Shown piece after piece: positions 1 to 14,168 of a DNA stretch of 64,000 nucleotides (position 1 is its first letter; each line of letters starts with the position of its first letter). This DNA is from Eledone cirrhosa (Eukaryota). The notes below the pieces were generated by a model. The model saw only the letters and a list, made by a program, of their open reading frames with translations. It did not search any database and was not told the origin of the DNA. The stretch is from positions 46,252,001 to 46,316,000 of the forward strand of contig OZ024751.1 in NCBI GenBank assembly GCA_964016885.1. Reading direction: 5' to 3'. The position numbers were made by a program, and so were the translations under genes.

Positions 1-262
1 AGTAAACCTGTTGGTGGCTGGGTGGCTGACTGGGTGAGCTGTGTGTCTGACTGGGTGAGCTAGGTGGGTTGAATGACTAACTAAGTGACCTGGCTGAGTG
101 GTTGGCTGAGGGGTAAGCTGGATGGCTGGGTGAGCTAGGTGGCTGATTGACTGGATGAGTTGCCTCATTGTGAGACAAGACAGGTCTGATGACCATGTCT
201 TGCTTATACACGACTGGTTTTGGCTTGGTTTCTATGGCTGGTTGCCCTTCCTAACACCAGCC

Positions 263-612
263 ACATTTACAGTATGTGCTGGGTGCTTTTTGTCTTGACA
301 CCTACATGACCACTTTACAGTATGTGCTGGGTGCTTTTTGTCTTGACACCTACATGACCACTTTACAGTGTAGGCTGGGCACGTTTTGTCTTGACACCTA
401 CATGACCACTTTACAGTATGTGCTGGGTGCTTTTTGTCTTGACACCTACACGACCTCTTTGCAGTGTGGGCTGGGCACTTTTTGTCATGACACCTACATG
501 ACCACTTTACAGTATGTGCTGGGTGCTTTTTGTCTTGACACTTACACGACCTCTTTGCAGTGTGGGCTGGGCACTTTTTGTCATGACAACTACATGACCA
601 CTTTACAGTGTG
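263..612. repeat. 48-bp minisatellite, about 7 copies
   Basis: Unit cactttacagtatgtgctgggtgctttttgtcttgacacctacatgac repeats; it explains the 16-aa periodic ORFs 232..624 and 276..617. Confidence 0.9.
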
Positions 613-767
613 AGTAATTCTCACTATAGGATTGAATGATTTGTGGTCATTTTTTTCTTTTCATTGCCAAGATGTCTATAAAAAAAAGTACCAGTCCAAC
701 CCTGGGTGTTGATTCTTCCTCTATATCTCTTTCTCGCTCTCTGGAAGAAATTGACTGTTTTTTCAGA

Positions 768-1127
768 CGTGGAAAGGAGTTGTTTGGTCAAAACTTATTC
801 AGTGCAACTGATCTCTCAGATGGATCAGGGGTATGTGAGGAGATGTAGTGCATTACACATGTTCTCTGACCTTACACAGTACATCAGGTGAATTCTATTG
901 TGGCACCAGTACTATGGTGGTTGTCACGTCTTTGACACAATTGAAGAGTCCTCCCGACCCTTTGTTTGGTATAAATAACTAAAATTTATTTATTTATTTA
1001 TTTTTTTATTCTAACAATTCTTTCCATTTTCCATCTCTTATGTAAACTGTTTTCTCTCTGTTCCAGGCCAAATGCTAAAGACCACAAAGGCAAAGATGAA
1101 ATCCGGCAGAGAAATGTTAGGACATGA
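768..1127 (+). other. Possible last two exons of an unidentified host gene (768-887 and 1067-1127)
   Basis: Non-repetitive sequence with acceptors ttttttcag|AC and ttttctctctgttccag|GC and donor AG|gtgaat. The phases are compatible (..LTQYIR/PNAKDHKGKDEIRQRNVRT*). No recognisable domain, and other frames are also open. Confidence 0.25.
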
Positions 1128-1324
1128 GGAAGAGAGAGCAATTGAACTTTTATTATAGTCATTACATTTTTTTAATTGTTATTACTACTACTACTACTAT
1201 TATTACTACTACTACTACTACAATTACTACTACCACTATAGCTCCTACTACAACTACTACTATCATACCTCATGAATTTTTGCGATCTCATTTCAGAATT
1301 GGATACTATAGCTGTTAAGAGTTA

Positions 1325-1373
<49 letters not shown>

Positions 1374-2140
1374 CTATCTATCTATGTCTGTCTATCTATC
1401 CACCCATCTATCTATCTGTCTCTCTAATATCTACTTAGCAATATCTATCTATCTATATCTATTTAGCTATATCTATCATCCTGTTGTTGAATCTTCTTAA
1501 TCAAAATAAAAATGAAAACAGAAAAAGGCAAACAAGGCATATATACACACACGTGTGTATATATATATGTATATGTGTATATATATATGTGTGTATATAT
1601 GTGTGTGTGTGTGTGTATATATATATACACACACGTGTGAATATATATATATATATGTATACACATGTATATATATATGTATGTATATTGGTCAGTAATC
1701 ACTCAGCCACTCACTGTAAATGTAAAATGCAAATATTCAGTTAAGTACCTCCTTCTTGCACAACCCCCAACTCTACATTCCACCATAAAACAATAATTTC
1801 TATCCAAAATATCTCCAGTAAAATTTTTATAAACATATATTTTCTTTCTCCCGCTAACCCCTTAGATTTTCCTTAAAATTTTCAGTATAACCACTTTCTT
1901 GGATTCCTATGAAATCTGGGGATTAATCCTGTCCCCACCCTTTTTTTCTTTTAAATTAGAATCTTTAACTCCCATGATGGTTAAAACACACTGTTGTAAA
2001 AAAAAAAAATACACAAAAATGTCTCCCTTGTCCCTTTAAAAATAAATACATGAAAAAAAAATCCTTTTTAAAATAAAATATTCTTGATTCTGTTGAAGAA
2101 AATATAAAAATAAATCAAAATAATTTCTTGACTTATAATT

Positions 2141-2209
2141 GTGATTATAAGCAGAAGAAACAGTTATATATATATGTGTGTGTGTGTGAGAGAGAGAGAG
2201 AGCATGTGC

Positions 2210-2261
<52 letters not shown>

Positions 2262-2417
2262 CCTTCTCCAAGAGTATTTACCCTATTTTCTCAAGTATTA
2301 TTATTATTACTATTTGCGTTGGGATGCACACATCTATGTATGTATATAGTGATTATAAGCAGAAGAAACAGTTATATATATATGTGTGTGTGTGTGAGAG
2401 AGAGAGAGAGCATGTGC

Positions 2418-2459
<42 letters not shown>

Positions 2460-2562
2460 CCTTCTCCAAGAGTATTTACCCTATTTTCTCAAGTATTATT
2501 ATTATTACTATTTGCGTTGGGATGCACACATCTATGTATGTATATAGTGGTTATAAGCAGAA
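2141..2562. repeat. Local tandem duplication of about 200 bp containing microsatellites
   Basis: gtgattataagcagaag starts at 2141, 2349 and about 2547. The copies differ mainly in (TA)n length. Confidence 0.85.
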
Positions 2563-2846
2563 GGAACACACACACGCACACATATATATATATGTATATC
2601 GATGTAGATATATAATGTGTGTGTGTGTATATATATTGTGGTTATAACGAGAAGAGCTACATAAGATATAAAAACAATAACAGTCACTATTGAAGATTAT
2701 TAAAGATTTAGCTTTTTGGTTTTTATTTTTCTATCTTTTTCTGGGTGTCCAATTTTTCAGTTATTGGTAACTATTGTTAAATGACAAGGCCTTATTCTTA
2801 GAATGGTAAGTGTGTATGTCTCTGAGTGTGTGTGTGTGTCTATGTC

Positions 2847-2888
<42 letters not shown>

Positions 2889-3749
2889 AGAAAAGGTATT
2901 ATGAAGGTTGTAGTTGATTGGGTGTAGTCATTTTTCTGCTTTCTTTTGGCTTTATAAGACTGAGCCATTGCTGCTCGTTACACAAACAAGTAATTTTAAC
3001 ACAGATACTATTGTCAGTTGTTTCAACCCTCAAACAATGGAATAATATGCTTTTTATTTTTTTAAATATTATTCCTTTTGTCATGGAGTGTAGATGGAAA
3101 ATGCACCAGAGTATTTCATCATCTGTCAAGTTGCAAACACCTCAGACAGATAATTTCCTTTATTATTATTATTTAATTTTAAACAATTAAATACATTTAG
3201 AATTCCAAAGATAAGTTTTTCTCTTCCTCCTCCTCCTCTTTATAAAACATAATTACTTAATTAAAAGACAGCCTATCATGTGATATCTGTGTAGAGTTTA
3301 GATATTATCAGACAGATTCTTTCTAAATGATAATTGTACTGTACTTTGGTATTGAATTGTTCTCTCTCTTATTGGCAGTGGTAGAAGAATTGGTAGTGCC
3401 AGAGCAAGTAGTAGAATGGTTCTAGTGCTGCTTAGTCTTCCGGGGCTGGGTGATTGGAGAGGATTGATAAAATAAATACAAGTCTTCTAAAGGGGTTTAT
3501 TTAAATTGACTTTAGTATCATCAACAATTGGAAAGACCAATGGAAATATTGTTTCCTTGGTCCAATTCGACGAGTTCCACTCTCCACCTCGGTAAGAGAA
3601 TGAGGTCTGGGATCTTGTCTGTTGTTCCTGGAAGGATATCCCCTTCACTCCCTTAACAAAACCGGGGGCCTAGCACCAATGTGACAAATCACCTTTGTTT
3701 ATTGTTATTATTATTATAATAAATAAATAAAGAAATCATTATTATTATT

Positions 3750-4285
3750 AAAGTACCAGTCATGCACTGGGGTTGATTTAATTGACTTCCCCTTCCCCCA
3801 AAATTGTTGGCCTTGTGCCTAAATCAGAAACCATTATTATTATTATTAAGGTAGTGGATTGGCAGAATCAATATGGCGACTGAATAAATGTCTTATATTA
3901 TTTAGTAATAAATATCTCTACATTCTGAGTTCAAGTCCCACCGAGGTTAACTTTGCCTTTTATCCTTTGGAGGTCGATAAAAGAAAGTACCAGTTAAGTA
4001 CTGGGGTTGATATAATCGACTTTCCCTACTCTCTCTCAAAATTGCTGGCTTCATGCCCAAATAAGGAACCATTATTATTATTATCATTATGGATTGGCAG
4101 TATTAGTAGAGAGTCGGACGCCATGCTTTGCAGCACAGTTACGTCCCTTTACGGTCTGAGTTCAAATCTCGCCGGGGTTAACTTTGCCTTTCATCCTTAC
4201 GGGGTCGATAAAATAAAGTACCAGTAATGTACTGGGGGTAATTGCTGGCCTTGTGCCAAATGTAGAAACAATTATTAAAATTATT
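3750..4285 (+). mobile_element. Tandem cluster of tRNA-derived SINEs, family A (one 3' fragment and two copies)
   Basis: Box A-like tggcagaatc/tggcagtatt, box B gagttcaaatc, conserved core gttaactttgcctttcatccttacggggtcgataaaataaagtaccag, and (ATT)n tails. Confidence 0.85.
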
Positions 4286-4457
4286 ATTATTTGTAGCTAT
4301 CTTGAATACTGCATTATTATTCCTACATATATTAAGTAATGAAAAAAAAAAAAAAGAAAAATATTCTTCAGAAATTTGTTATTTTTTAATCAAAATATCA
4401 TTGATATACATTGATGATGATGATAATAATGATGATGATAATGGTGACACACACACA

Positions 4458-4494
<37 letters not shown>

Positions 4495-4793
4495 GCACAT
4501 ACTCATGTTTTTTGTGTGTGTGCGTGTGTTTATATATATAATACATATGCGTGAGTGTGTGTATGTCTATAAATGCATGCACACACACACACGCACACAT
4601 ATATATATATATACACATACAAACAAGGCATTAGCACTGTACATTGTTTTTTTTTGTTTTTTTAAATGTAGTTAATAATAAATGTTGAAATTAATTTTTG
4701 TCTACCTCTCTTCACTCCCTACACACACTTTACAATTTTAATTGTATTACATTTTCATTAAATATTTCACTGGTCAACTAATTTATTATTATT

Positions 4794-5225
4794 AGGGTGG
4801 TGGATTGGCAGTATCGGTAGAGGGTCGGACGCCATGCTTTGAAGTATAGAGTTACGGCCCTTGCCATTCTGAGTTCAAATCCCGCAGAGGTTAACTTTGC
4901 CTGTCATCCTTACGAGGTCGATAAAATAAAGTACCAGTAATGCACTGGGTAATTGCTGGCCTTGTGCCAAACGTAGAAACAATTATTATTATTAGGTTCG
5001 GTGGATTGACAGAATCAGTAGAGCATTGGACTACATGCTTAGCAGCATCGAGTTACGGTCCTTTATGTTCTGAGTTCAAATCCTGCCGAGGTTAGCTTTG
5101 CCTTTTATCCTTACAAAGGCGTCGGTAAAATAAAGTACCAGTAACGCACTGGGGTTAATTTAATCAACTTTCCCCTTCCCTCAAATTGCTGGCCTTGTGC
5201 CTAAATCAGAAATCTTTATTATTAT
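4794..5225 (+). mobile_element. Two tandem family-A SINEs
   Basis: Same head, core and tail as above; the second copy starts in the (ATT)n tail of the first. Confidence 0.85.
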
Positions 5226-5755
5226 TAGTAATATTATTCTCAATTTGGTTAAACAGTTTTGCAGTTTTCTCCCTCTCCCCAATCCCCTCACCCCTAACCC
5301 TCTCCTGCCTCAGTCTGTCTTGTCCCACCCCCTCCGCCTTTCTCATTTCACGCATTTTCTATATAAATTCTTCAATTGCATGTTTGTGGTAATAACACTC
5401 AAAATTGATTTTTTTTTTTTTTTTTCTTTTTTTTTTCTTTGTTTCTTATTTGTTTCTTTTTTTTTTATTAATTAAATATTTTAATTGATTAAATTCATTG
5501 ATTTAAAAAATAAATAAAAACACAACAACCATTTGTTTTTTTTTGTTTTTTTTTGGCTTGTCGGGTTTAAGGAATTAAAAAATAAAACAAAACAAAAACA
5601 AATGAAAGAATGAAATGGTAAAATAAGAATTACATTTTAACTGCAAGGATCCATAGTAATTACTAGTAGGTGATATAAAATTCCTTAAGTTTGGAATAAT
5701 TCTTGAAAACTGAATTTGTTTCAAATCTATTTCATTCTCTCTCCCTCTCTTTATG

Positions 5756-5786
<31 letters not shown>

Positions 5787-5867
5787 GTTTTAAGTAATTC
5801 CAAAGGAAAAAAAGAGTGCTCTATGTATAGAATAGAGCTATTTAATTAGAAAGTGAACAACATCAAT

Positions 5868-5942
5868 CAATCTCTGATGACCGATCCAGACATATATTAA
5901 TATTGTCTGGGATCCAGAAACCTTTGGTAATGGAGTAATATT
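5868..5942 (+). ncRNA. Degenerate type I hammerhead ribozyme motif
   Basis: CTGATGA (5874), stem II gatccagaca/tgtctgggatc, GAAAC, then GTA (5935). Stems I and III are imperfect. Flanked by a 23-bp inverted repeat (5840-5862/5946-5968). Confidence 0.65.
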
Positions 5943-6153
5943 TTGTGTTGTTCACTTTCTAATTAAATATATATATAAATTAGTCTCTAATACAAGCAGT
6001 ATGGCGGGCTCTTCAATTATTGTTGGTTCCAATAAGAATTCTTCCCCCTATGAAACCATGGTAGGGAGATCTCTATATAAGCGAAGTTAGATAAAATACT
6101 TTTTTTGTCTATTTTGTTTGTACTCCCATAATCAGATTTTTTTCTCACTTATA

Positions 6154-6197
<44 letters not shown>

Positions 6198-7029
6198 GCT
6201 AACATAAGCTCTGTGGGTGTAAAAAGACTGTCTCTTAGAAATGTAATCTCTCCACTCCATACTTTCTTACTCTCTTTCTACCCCATTCTCTTCTTTCTTT
6301 CCCTAAAATCTCTCTCCCTTTCCCTCTAATTGATTTGAACTAAAAGAATTGCTTCAAATATTTACTTCTTTTTAACTGTTCTTTCTATAATATGTAACAG
6401 CACTCTCCGACAATTGTGATCAAGTAGAGAACACAATTTTAGTTCAAACATTCTAATATATATATATTTTTTTAAATGAAAAGTTGTTTAATTATTTCGA
6501 AACCACTCACATGTTTTTCTGATACAAAATTTCACATTTCAAAGTGTTTATATTTAAATTTAAAACCTAAAATATTTTTTATTGGAGCAACTTCTGTTAA
6601 GTTAACAGCAAAATGTTAGTTAATTTATTTTTACTAAATCCCTCCAAAATTTTCATTATTTTCAACAGTGTATTCCATTAGAAATAGAATCATGAAAGAG
6701 TTAATATTTTTTTTAATGCAATGAAAGAAAAAACATCTGCAAAACTTAAGGAATATTTAGAGTTTTTAGATATTTATCACAAACATTAGCTGAATCAAAT
6801 GCAAGAATGTTATATCCATTTTTGCTCTTCTCACTGAATTTTCTGGAGTGATTGTGAAGGTTGGTCTGTTAATTTTTGTTTCTTCTTTTCATTTCCTCTT
6901 GTGATGAGCAGTTATTGTAGATGATGATGTGGAATGACAAATTTATAATTGTTAACATGTAAACTGGATATTTCAATAAACATTTTAAAACTTGTAATTT
7001 ATTTTAACAATTTTTCAAGCTTAGGTTAG

Positions 7030-7370
7030 TGATAGGAAAGGTATCCAGCTGTAGAAAACTTGCCTCGGCTGTGTCGAGGACATAACACTTCCTTAATGTT
7101 GGTGGTCTACCCAGTACATTCTGGAAAGTGGTTGCCAATAGGAAGGGCATCCAGCTGTAGAAAACCTGCTAAACAAAAGGTTGGGAAACCTTTTCAGCTG
7201 TGTCAAGGATATGACAACTTTCCTAATGTTGGTGGTCCTCTCAGTACATTCTATAAAGTGGTTGCCAATAGGAAGGGTATCCAACTGTAGAAAACCTGCT
7301 AAATAAAGGGTTGGGTGTATTCTTCAGCTGTGTCAAAAACAAGACAATCTCTTTAGTGTTGGTGTCATGG
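7030..7370 (+). repeat. Three diverged tandem copies of a 105-130 bp unit
   Basis: ataggaagggcatccagctgtagaaaac recurs at about 7033, 7138 and 7268. Confidence 0.75.
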
Positions 7371-7439
7371 TAGAATGCATGGTAAGGAAGATACAGACTC
7401 CTGGCTTATCCGTGAAGATTCGGTACACAGAGGTAACCA

Positions 7440-7960
7440 AGATCTGTCAAATATAAATGTGCTTATTTCTGAAGGAATTTGATTCCACTAGTTAGACGGA
7501 TACTCATGTTAACAGAACTAAAATTACAAAACACCCAAAAAACGAAACTCTCTCAACAGATAATCTTATAAAAAAGAAATTTCACTAAAGGAACATGATG
7601 CAGTGGGGAATATAATGTCTAATCCTAAGATCTTTTTCCACTTTGCTAAACAAAAAGAAAAAATCATTTACACATGACCAGATTGGCCTTCTAATGAACC
7701 TAAGAATCCACCACAGATATGTGAACTCTTGAGTCGTCTACACATAACCAGTTTGGTCCCTTAATCGACCACAATGGATTATATACCAACAAACCATCAG
7801 AGATATGTGAACTTTTGAGTCACCAACCAACTATATACTCCCTATAATTAACAAAACTGCATAATACAAACAAATTCTTTGATCCATAGAATTCGACTGC
7901 CTAGAATTAACGATATTGGAAGAAATTATTCTTGCAGCCCTTAATGATCTGGATTCAAAC
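7440..7960 (+). pseudogene. Degraded CR1/L2-like LINE ORF2 fragment
   Basis: Translates to SNPKIFFHFAKQK...QIGLL, resembling the EN-RT linker of CR1-group LINEs; frameshifted. Confidence 0.4.
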
Positions 7961-7979
7961 ACTATTTCTAGAAATAATA

Positions 7980-8275
7980 ATGTTTCTACTTTTGACACAA
8001 GGCCAGCAATTACCCTAGTGCATTACTGGTACATTATTTTAAAGACCCCCTCCCCGTAAAGATGAAAGGCAAAGTTACAACTAACACCATCAGTGGGATT
8101 TGAACTCAAACCATAAAGGGCCGTAACTCTATGCTTCAAAGAATGGAGTCCGACTCTCTACCGATGCTGCCAACCCTATAATAATTGTTTCTACTTTTGG
8201 CACAAGGCTAGCAATTAACCAGTGCATTACTGGTACTTTATTTTATCGACCCCGTAAGGATGAAAGGCAAAAGCA
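7980..8275 (-). mobile_element. Family-A SINE plus a partial copy
   Basis: Reverse complement of the family-A core and tail. Confidence 0.8.
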
Positions 8276-8406
8276 AAGGTAGACAATCAGTGATAACTGT
8301 CGAATAACGATTGAAGGAGTTCCTGTGTGTACTTGATACTTTCGCCATACAACTGTATGAGATCTCGCCGATAAAATACGGGATTGTTTATTTATGTATG
8401 TATATA

Positions 8407-8582
8407 CGAAGGTCGGCTGACGCAGATACTCTCATGGAATGACCAAATAAAGTTTATTTTTCAACATAGTACCTGGAAAGAAACAATGCTGTTAAGATGA
8501 GTTAAAATTAATGCATGCAAGATTTCTCAGTTCCAGTACCACTCCTTCATAGTCAAACTATGAACTTTTCAGCCGACAGTCG
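8407..8582. mobile_element. Mariner-type MITE
   Basis: TA|cgaaggtcggctga ... tcagccgacagtcg|TA terminal inverted repeats. Confidence 0.65.
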
Positions 8583-9304
8583 TATATATGTATGTATTAA
8601 ATTCAATAATTAAATAAATTATATTAAAAAAAAAAAATTTCTTTTCTGTAACGGACAACCATTACGAAAAACTTCAGGGGAAATAACTGGTAATTGACAA
8701 CCATGTTACTTCCACGGTTGTTTCCCCTTTAACATTTTCTTTTACTGAAGATGAAAAGTTGTTGACATTTAGGTTCACTAATGATAGATAGGACTTATAA
8801 CCAAAGGCATTCCAACCATAACCACCCCGTTAATCTTTTATTCCACCATTTTGTATGAGAAGACTGCATCATTAAATGTGTACAATTCAGTTTGAGAGAA
8901 ATTTAATTTTTACGTAGATGCTGCTATATATTTTCGATGTTCTTATGCCAGATATTTGCTAAGTAATATACACATGTAAAGTCTGTCCAGTGGTGTATAT
9001 ATATCTATATCTATACACACACGCACAGTAGCCTAATAAGCACACACACATAATAAACATATACACATATAATACACATGCGCATAATATACACACAAAC
9101 ATATAATACACATAATATATTCACACACACAATAAACACGCACATAATACACACAGACACACACAGCATATATATTATCTCTTGCGCTAATTATTGCATG
9201 TTTTAGAATAATTTCATACGTTAAATGTTCCGGGTTATCTCCCTTTAGTAAGGCCTATTACACCGTAGTCATGAGAGGAGAGCCAGTCTATGACACCATG
9301 GTCA

Positions 9305-11262
9305 ACAACACAATACCACCAACACTACCAACACTACCAACACCACCTCCACCACCTCCAACACCAACACCGCCAACACCACCTCCACCAATACTACCAA
9401 CACCACCACCTCCACCACCACCACCACCAACACCAACACCGCCAACACCACCTCCACCAACACTACCAACACCATCTCCACCACCAACAACAACACCACC
9501 ACCACCTCCACCATCACCACCACCACCACCTCCACCACCAGCACCACCACTTACCACCAGCACCAGCAGCACCACCACCAACACCACCAACACCACCAAC
9601 ACCAACATCCCCAACATCCCCAACACCACCAACACCACCAACACTACCAACACCACCAACACCACCAACACCAACATCCCCAACACCACCAACACCACCA
9701 ACACTACCAACACCACCTCCACCACCACCACCAACACCATCACAACTAACACCAACATCTCCAACACCACCAACACTACCAACACCACCTCCGCCCCCCC
9801 ACACACAACTAACACCAACATCTCCAACCCCCCCACCCCCCCCCCAACACTACCAACACCACCTCCACCACCACCACCACCACCAACACAACTAAGACCA
9901 ACATCTCCAACACTACCCCCCCCCCCCCAACACCACCAACACTACCAACACCACCTCCACCACCACCACCACCAACACCAACACAACTAACACCAACATC
10001 TCCAACACTACCCCCCCCCCACCAACACTACCAACATCACCGCCACCGACATCAAATAATGACTTATTTACTCAAAATCAATGTCAACACACACACGCGC
10101 ATACATACACACACAAACACACATTAGATACACGCACACATACATACACACACACACGCATACACAATGAACATTGCACACATACACACACACACACGCA
10201 TACACAATGAACATTGCACACATACACACATAGACAATCATCATTACACACATAACAACAAGAATAACACGAAAAAACAGTAACACCACCACCACCAACA
10301 CCACCTACAACAACAACAACATCACCAGCAACAATAATACCACCACCACCACCACCTACAACTACAACAACAACAACACCATCAGCAACAATAATACCAC
10401 CACCACCACCACCACCACCACCTACAACAACAACAACAACACCACCAGCAACAATAATACCACCACCACCACCACCTACAACAACACCATCAGCAACAAT
10501 AATACCACCACCATCACCACCACCACCTACAACTACAACAACACCATCAGCAACAATAATACCACCACCACCACCTACAACTACAACAACAACACCATCA
10601 GCAACAATAATACCACCACCACCACCACCACCTACAACAACAACATCACCAGCAACAATAATACCACCACCACCTACAACAACAAAAACAACAGCAACAA
10701 TAATACCACCACCACCACCTACAACTACAACAACAACAACAACACCATCAGCAACAATAATACCACCACCACCACCTACAACAACAACAACACCACCAGC
10801 AACAATAATACCACCACCACCACCACCACCACCTACAACAACAACATCACCAGCAACAATAATACCACCACCACCACCACCTACAACTACAACAACAACA
10901 ACACCATCAGCAACAATAATACCACCACCACCACCACCTACAACAACAACAACAGCAACAATAATACCACCACCACCTACAACTACAACAACAACAACAA
11001 CACCATCAGCAACAATAATACCACCACCACCACCGCCTACAACTACAACAACAACAGCAACAATAATACCACCACCACCACCTACAACTACAACAACAAC
11101 AGCAACAATAATACCACCACCACCACCACCTACAACTACAACAACAACAGCAACAATAATACCACCACCACCACCACCACCTACAACTACAACAACAACA
11201 GCAACAATAATACCACCACCACCACCACCTACAACTACAACAACAGCAACAATAACATCAGA
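9305..11262. repeat. C/A-rich triplet-based arrays (CAC/AAC/TAC), interrupted by a CA-rich tract at about 10080-10250
   Basis: Directly visible. From 10290 the array has a unit of roughly accaccacctacaactacaacaacagcaacaataat. Confidence 0.9.
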
Positions 11263-11549
11263 ACAACATCCTAAATAACAAGAAGCAGTAAAATATAATT
11301 GGAAGCAATTATCACCATTAGCATCAGTAATTATTGCTCTAAACCATCATATTATGACAACAACCACTTACCCTAGTTTCAAATAACAGACGAACAAAAT
11401 TAGTTATTAAACACTTTTAGTAAATCATTCACCCAAAACGACTGCAGTGTGGAGGTGAGGGTGAGATCAAACGAAAACAGGGAAAACAACAGAGAAATCT
11501 CCCCTAAATAATACCCACTGTCTTAAGATAAGAAAGGACATATTAGAGA

Positions 11550-11742
11550 ATTGTTTCTACTTTTGGAACAAGGCCAGGAATCATCCCAGTGTATTACTGG
11601 TACTTTATTTTATCGACCCCCGTAATGATGAAATGCAAAGTTAACCTCAGCGGGATTTGAACCCATACCATAAAGGGCCGTAACTCTTTGCTGCAAAGCA
11701 TGGCGTCCGACCCTCTACCAATACTGCCAATCCACCGCCCTC
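11550..11742 (-). mobile_element. Family-A SINE
   Basis: Reverse complement of the full head, core and tail. Confidence 0.85.
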
Positions 11743-12076
11743 TAAGTAATTATTATCCGAGTGTTTCTGAAAATGTTAAGCTTTCTCCTTTACTTTTCAT
11801 GAAATTCAATCTTCCACCACACCATTTTTTGCATGGAGAATGCATGAAAAAAAATTTAGATAAACAAATAAATCGAAATTCACACACGCACCCCCCCCCC
11901 CCCCCCCCCCCCAACACATCTTTTCCTTACTTCTGTCGATATCAGTGAAGCTGTTGACCTCATTCACTGCAACCCAATTTTATATTCAATACTATACAGC
12001 TCCGTAAGAAACAACACAGTCTGTTGGTGTATTATATTTCTGACCATCAGCCTTGCTTAGTGTTGTATACACCTAC

Positions 12077-12112
<36 letters not shown>

Positions 12113-12246
12113 GTGTAGGTGTGTTAGTGCCAATGTATGTATGTGTGTATGTGTGTACGTGTGTACGCATGTACGTGTGTACGTGTGTATATATGTGTAT
12201 GAGTGTATGTATATATGTGTGTATGTATGTACGTGTGTAATGTATC

Positions 12247-12285
<39 letters not shown>

Positions 12286-12289
<4 letters not shown>

Positions 12290-12702
12290 CACCGGGAGAG
12301 ATGACCCCTTAGCCTTTGTCAAGGCAGAATTCTAGGAGAAGGAAAACTCTGATATAACACCTGCAACCCTGATGGTATCCAATGATGTTGACTTGCTCTT
12401 CTTTTTGGTAAATATCATCTTGGTTAAGAGAGTGGGACTGGCTTTGTGCAGTGCCTTTGCTCACTATAAAAGCTTCACGGCACAGGCATTGCTTTATATC
12501 TGGAGATCTCTCTGCACTTGTCGTCACATGGTGCCATGGGCCCAGCACTATGTGTCAATAATTGTCACAAGTGTAGTGTTTGTACCAGAGTTTTCAAGTC
12601 GCTGGCTGGACTAAAAAGTCACACTCGTTCAGCGCATCGGTAGGGGTTCTCCTACATGGATATAAAGTAGTGGCTGTACTCGAAAACGAGTTGGCAGCCA
12701 CT
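12286..12702. mobile_element. Unclassified interspersed repeat within (TATG)n; about 150 bp shared with 49331-49484
   Basis: 12551-12702 is the near-identical reverse complement of 49331-49484. Both copies abut TATG/CATA-type microsatellites. Confidence 0.7.
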
Positions 12703-13159
12703 ATGTATGTATGTATGTATGTATGTATGTGTGCATATATGTGTGCATATATGTGTGTATGCGTGCATGTATGTGTGTGTATGTATATATGTGTATGTAT
12801 GTACGTGTATATGTATCTGTATGTGTATGCATGTATTATGTATGTATGTATATATATATATGTGTGTATGTATGTGTGCATATATGTGCGTATGTATGTG
12901 TGTGTGTATGTATGTATGCATATATGTATGTATATATGTGTGTATGTGTGCATATATGTGTGTATGTGTGCATATATGTGTGTATGTGTGCATATATGTG
13001 TGTATGTGTACAGGAAATACTTAGTTGATAATTCAGTGAACTTACTTAATTGATAATGCAGTAATCTATTTTATAGGATTCTTCTCACCTGTACAGGTGA
13101 AAACTTTAAAGTAGCCAACATAATAAAGCACAATAAAACAAACAAAGAAATAAAAATAG

Positions 13160-13588
13160 CTACTTGTAACCCTGAGAAATAGTACAACTAGCTAGATGTT
13201 GTCATGAAAAGTAGCCTACCTAACTACATGTTGTCATGAAGAGTAACATAATTAGCTACATGTAGCTCTGAAAAGTAGAATAACTAGCTACATGTTGTCA
13301 TGAAAAGTAGCCTACCTAACTACATGTTGTCATGAAGAGTAACATAATTAGCTACATGTAGCTCTGAAAAGTAGAATAACTAGCTACATGTTGTCATGAA
13401 AAGTAGCCTACCTAGCTACATGTTGTCATAAAGAGTAGCATAATTAGCTACATTTAGCTCTGAAAAGTAGAATAACTAGCTACATGTAGTCATGAAAAGT
13501 AATATACCTAGCTACATGTGCTCATGAAAAATAGCATAATTAGCTACATGTGGACATACAAAGTAGGATAATTCGCTACATGTAGCTC
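13160..13588. repeat. 32-bp minisatellite with a 3-mer (96-bp) higher-order repeat
   Basis: ctacatg at 13224, 13256, 13288 and 13320, with three variants cycling. Confidence 0.85.
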
Positions 13589-13635
13589 AATATGACATCA
13601 CTGCATCACCTCCATCACACCATAGACATATATAT

Positions 13636-14168
13636 GTTCATCTGGCGTATCTGGAACACAAAATCTTGATTAGTTAACAGTATTCGTTTGGTATATCTGG
13701 AACACTAGATTTTTCAGTTAGTCAGCTATACTCATCTGGTAGATCTGGAATACAAGATTTAGATTAGTAAACTATATTTCATCTGGTATATCTGGAATAC
13801 AGGACTTAGGTTAGTAAACTCTATGTCATCTGTTATGTCTGGAGTGCAGGATCTGGTTTAGTAAACTCTATGTCATCTGTTATGTCTGGAGTACAGGATC
13901 TGGTTTAGTAAACTCTATGTCATCTGGTATATCTAGAATACAGGATCTAGGTTAGTAAACTCTGTCATCTGGTATATCTAGAATACAGGATCTGGGTTAG
14001 TAAACTCTGTCATCTGGTATGTCTGGAGTATAGGATCTGGTTTAGTAAACTCCATGTCATCTGGTATATCTAGAATAGAGAATCTGGGTTAGTAAACTCT
14101 GTCATCTGTTATGTCTGGAGTACAGGATCTGGTTTAGTAAACTCTGTCATCTGGTATATCTGGTTAGT
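13636..14168. repeat. 45-47 bp minisatellite
   Basis: tagtaaactc(ta)tgtcatctgg... recurs; gtaaact falls at 13814, 13861 and 13908. Confidence 0.85.

Noticed and set aside
232-624. Cys/His-rich repeat protein (metallothionein- or zinc-finger-like)
   Set aside because: A 48-bp minisatellite that is open on both strands, without zinc-finger spacing.
9271-9990. Extensin/mucin-like Pro-rich ORF
   Set aside because: Low-complexity repeat, open in several frames on both strands.
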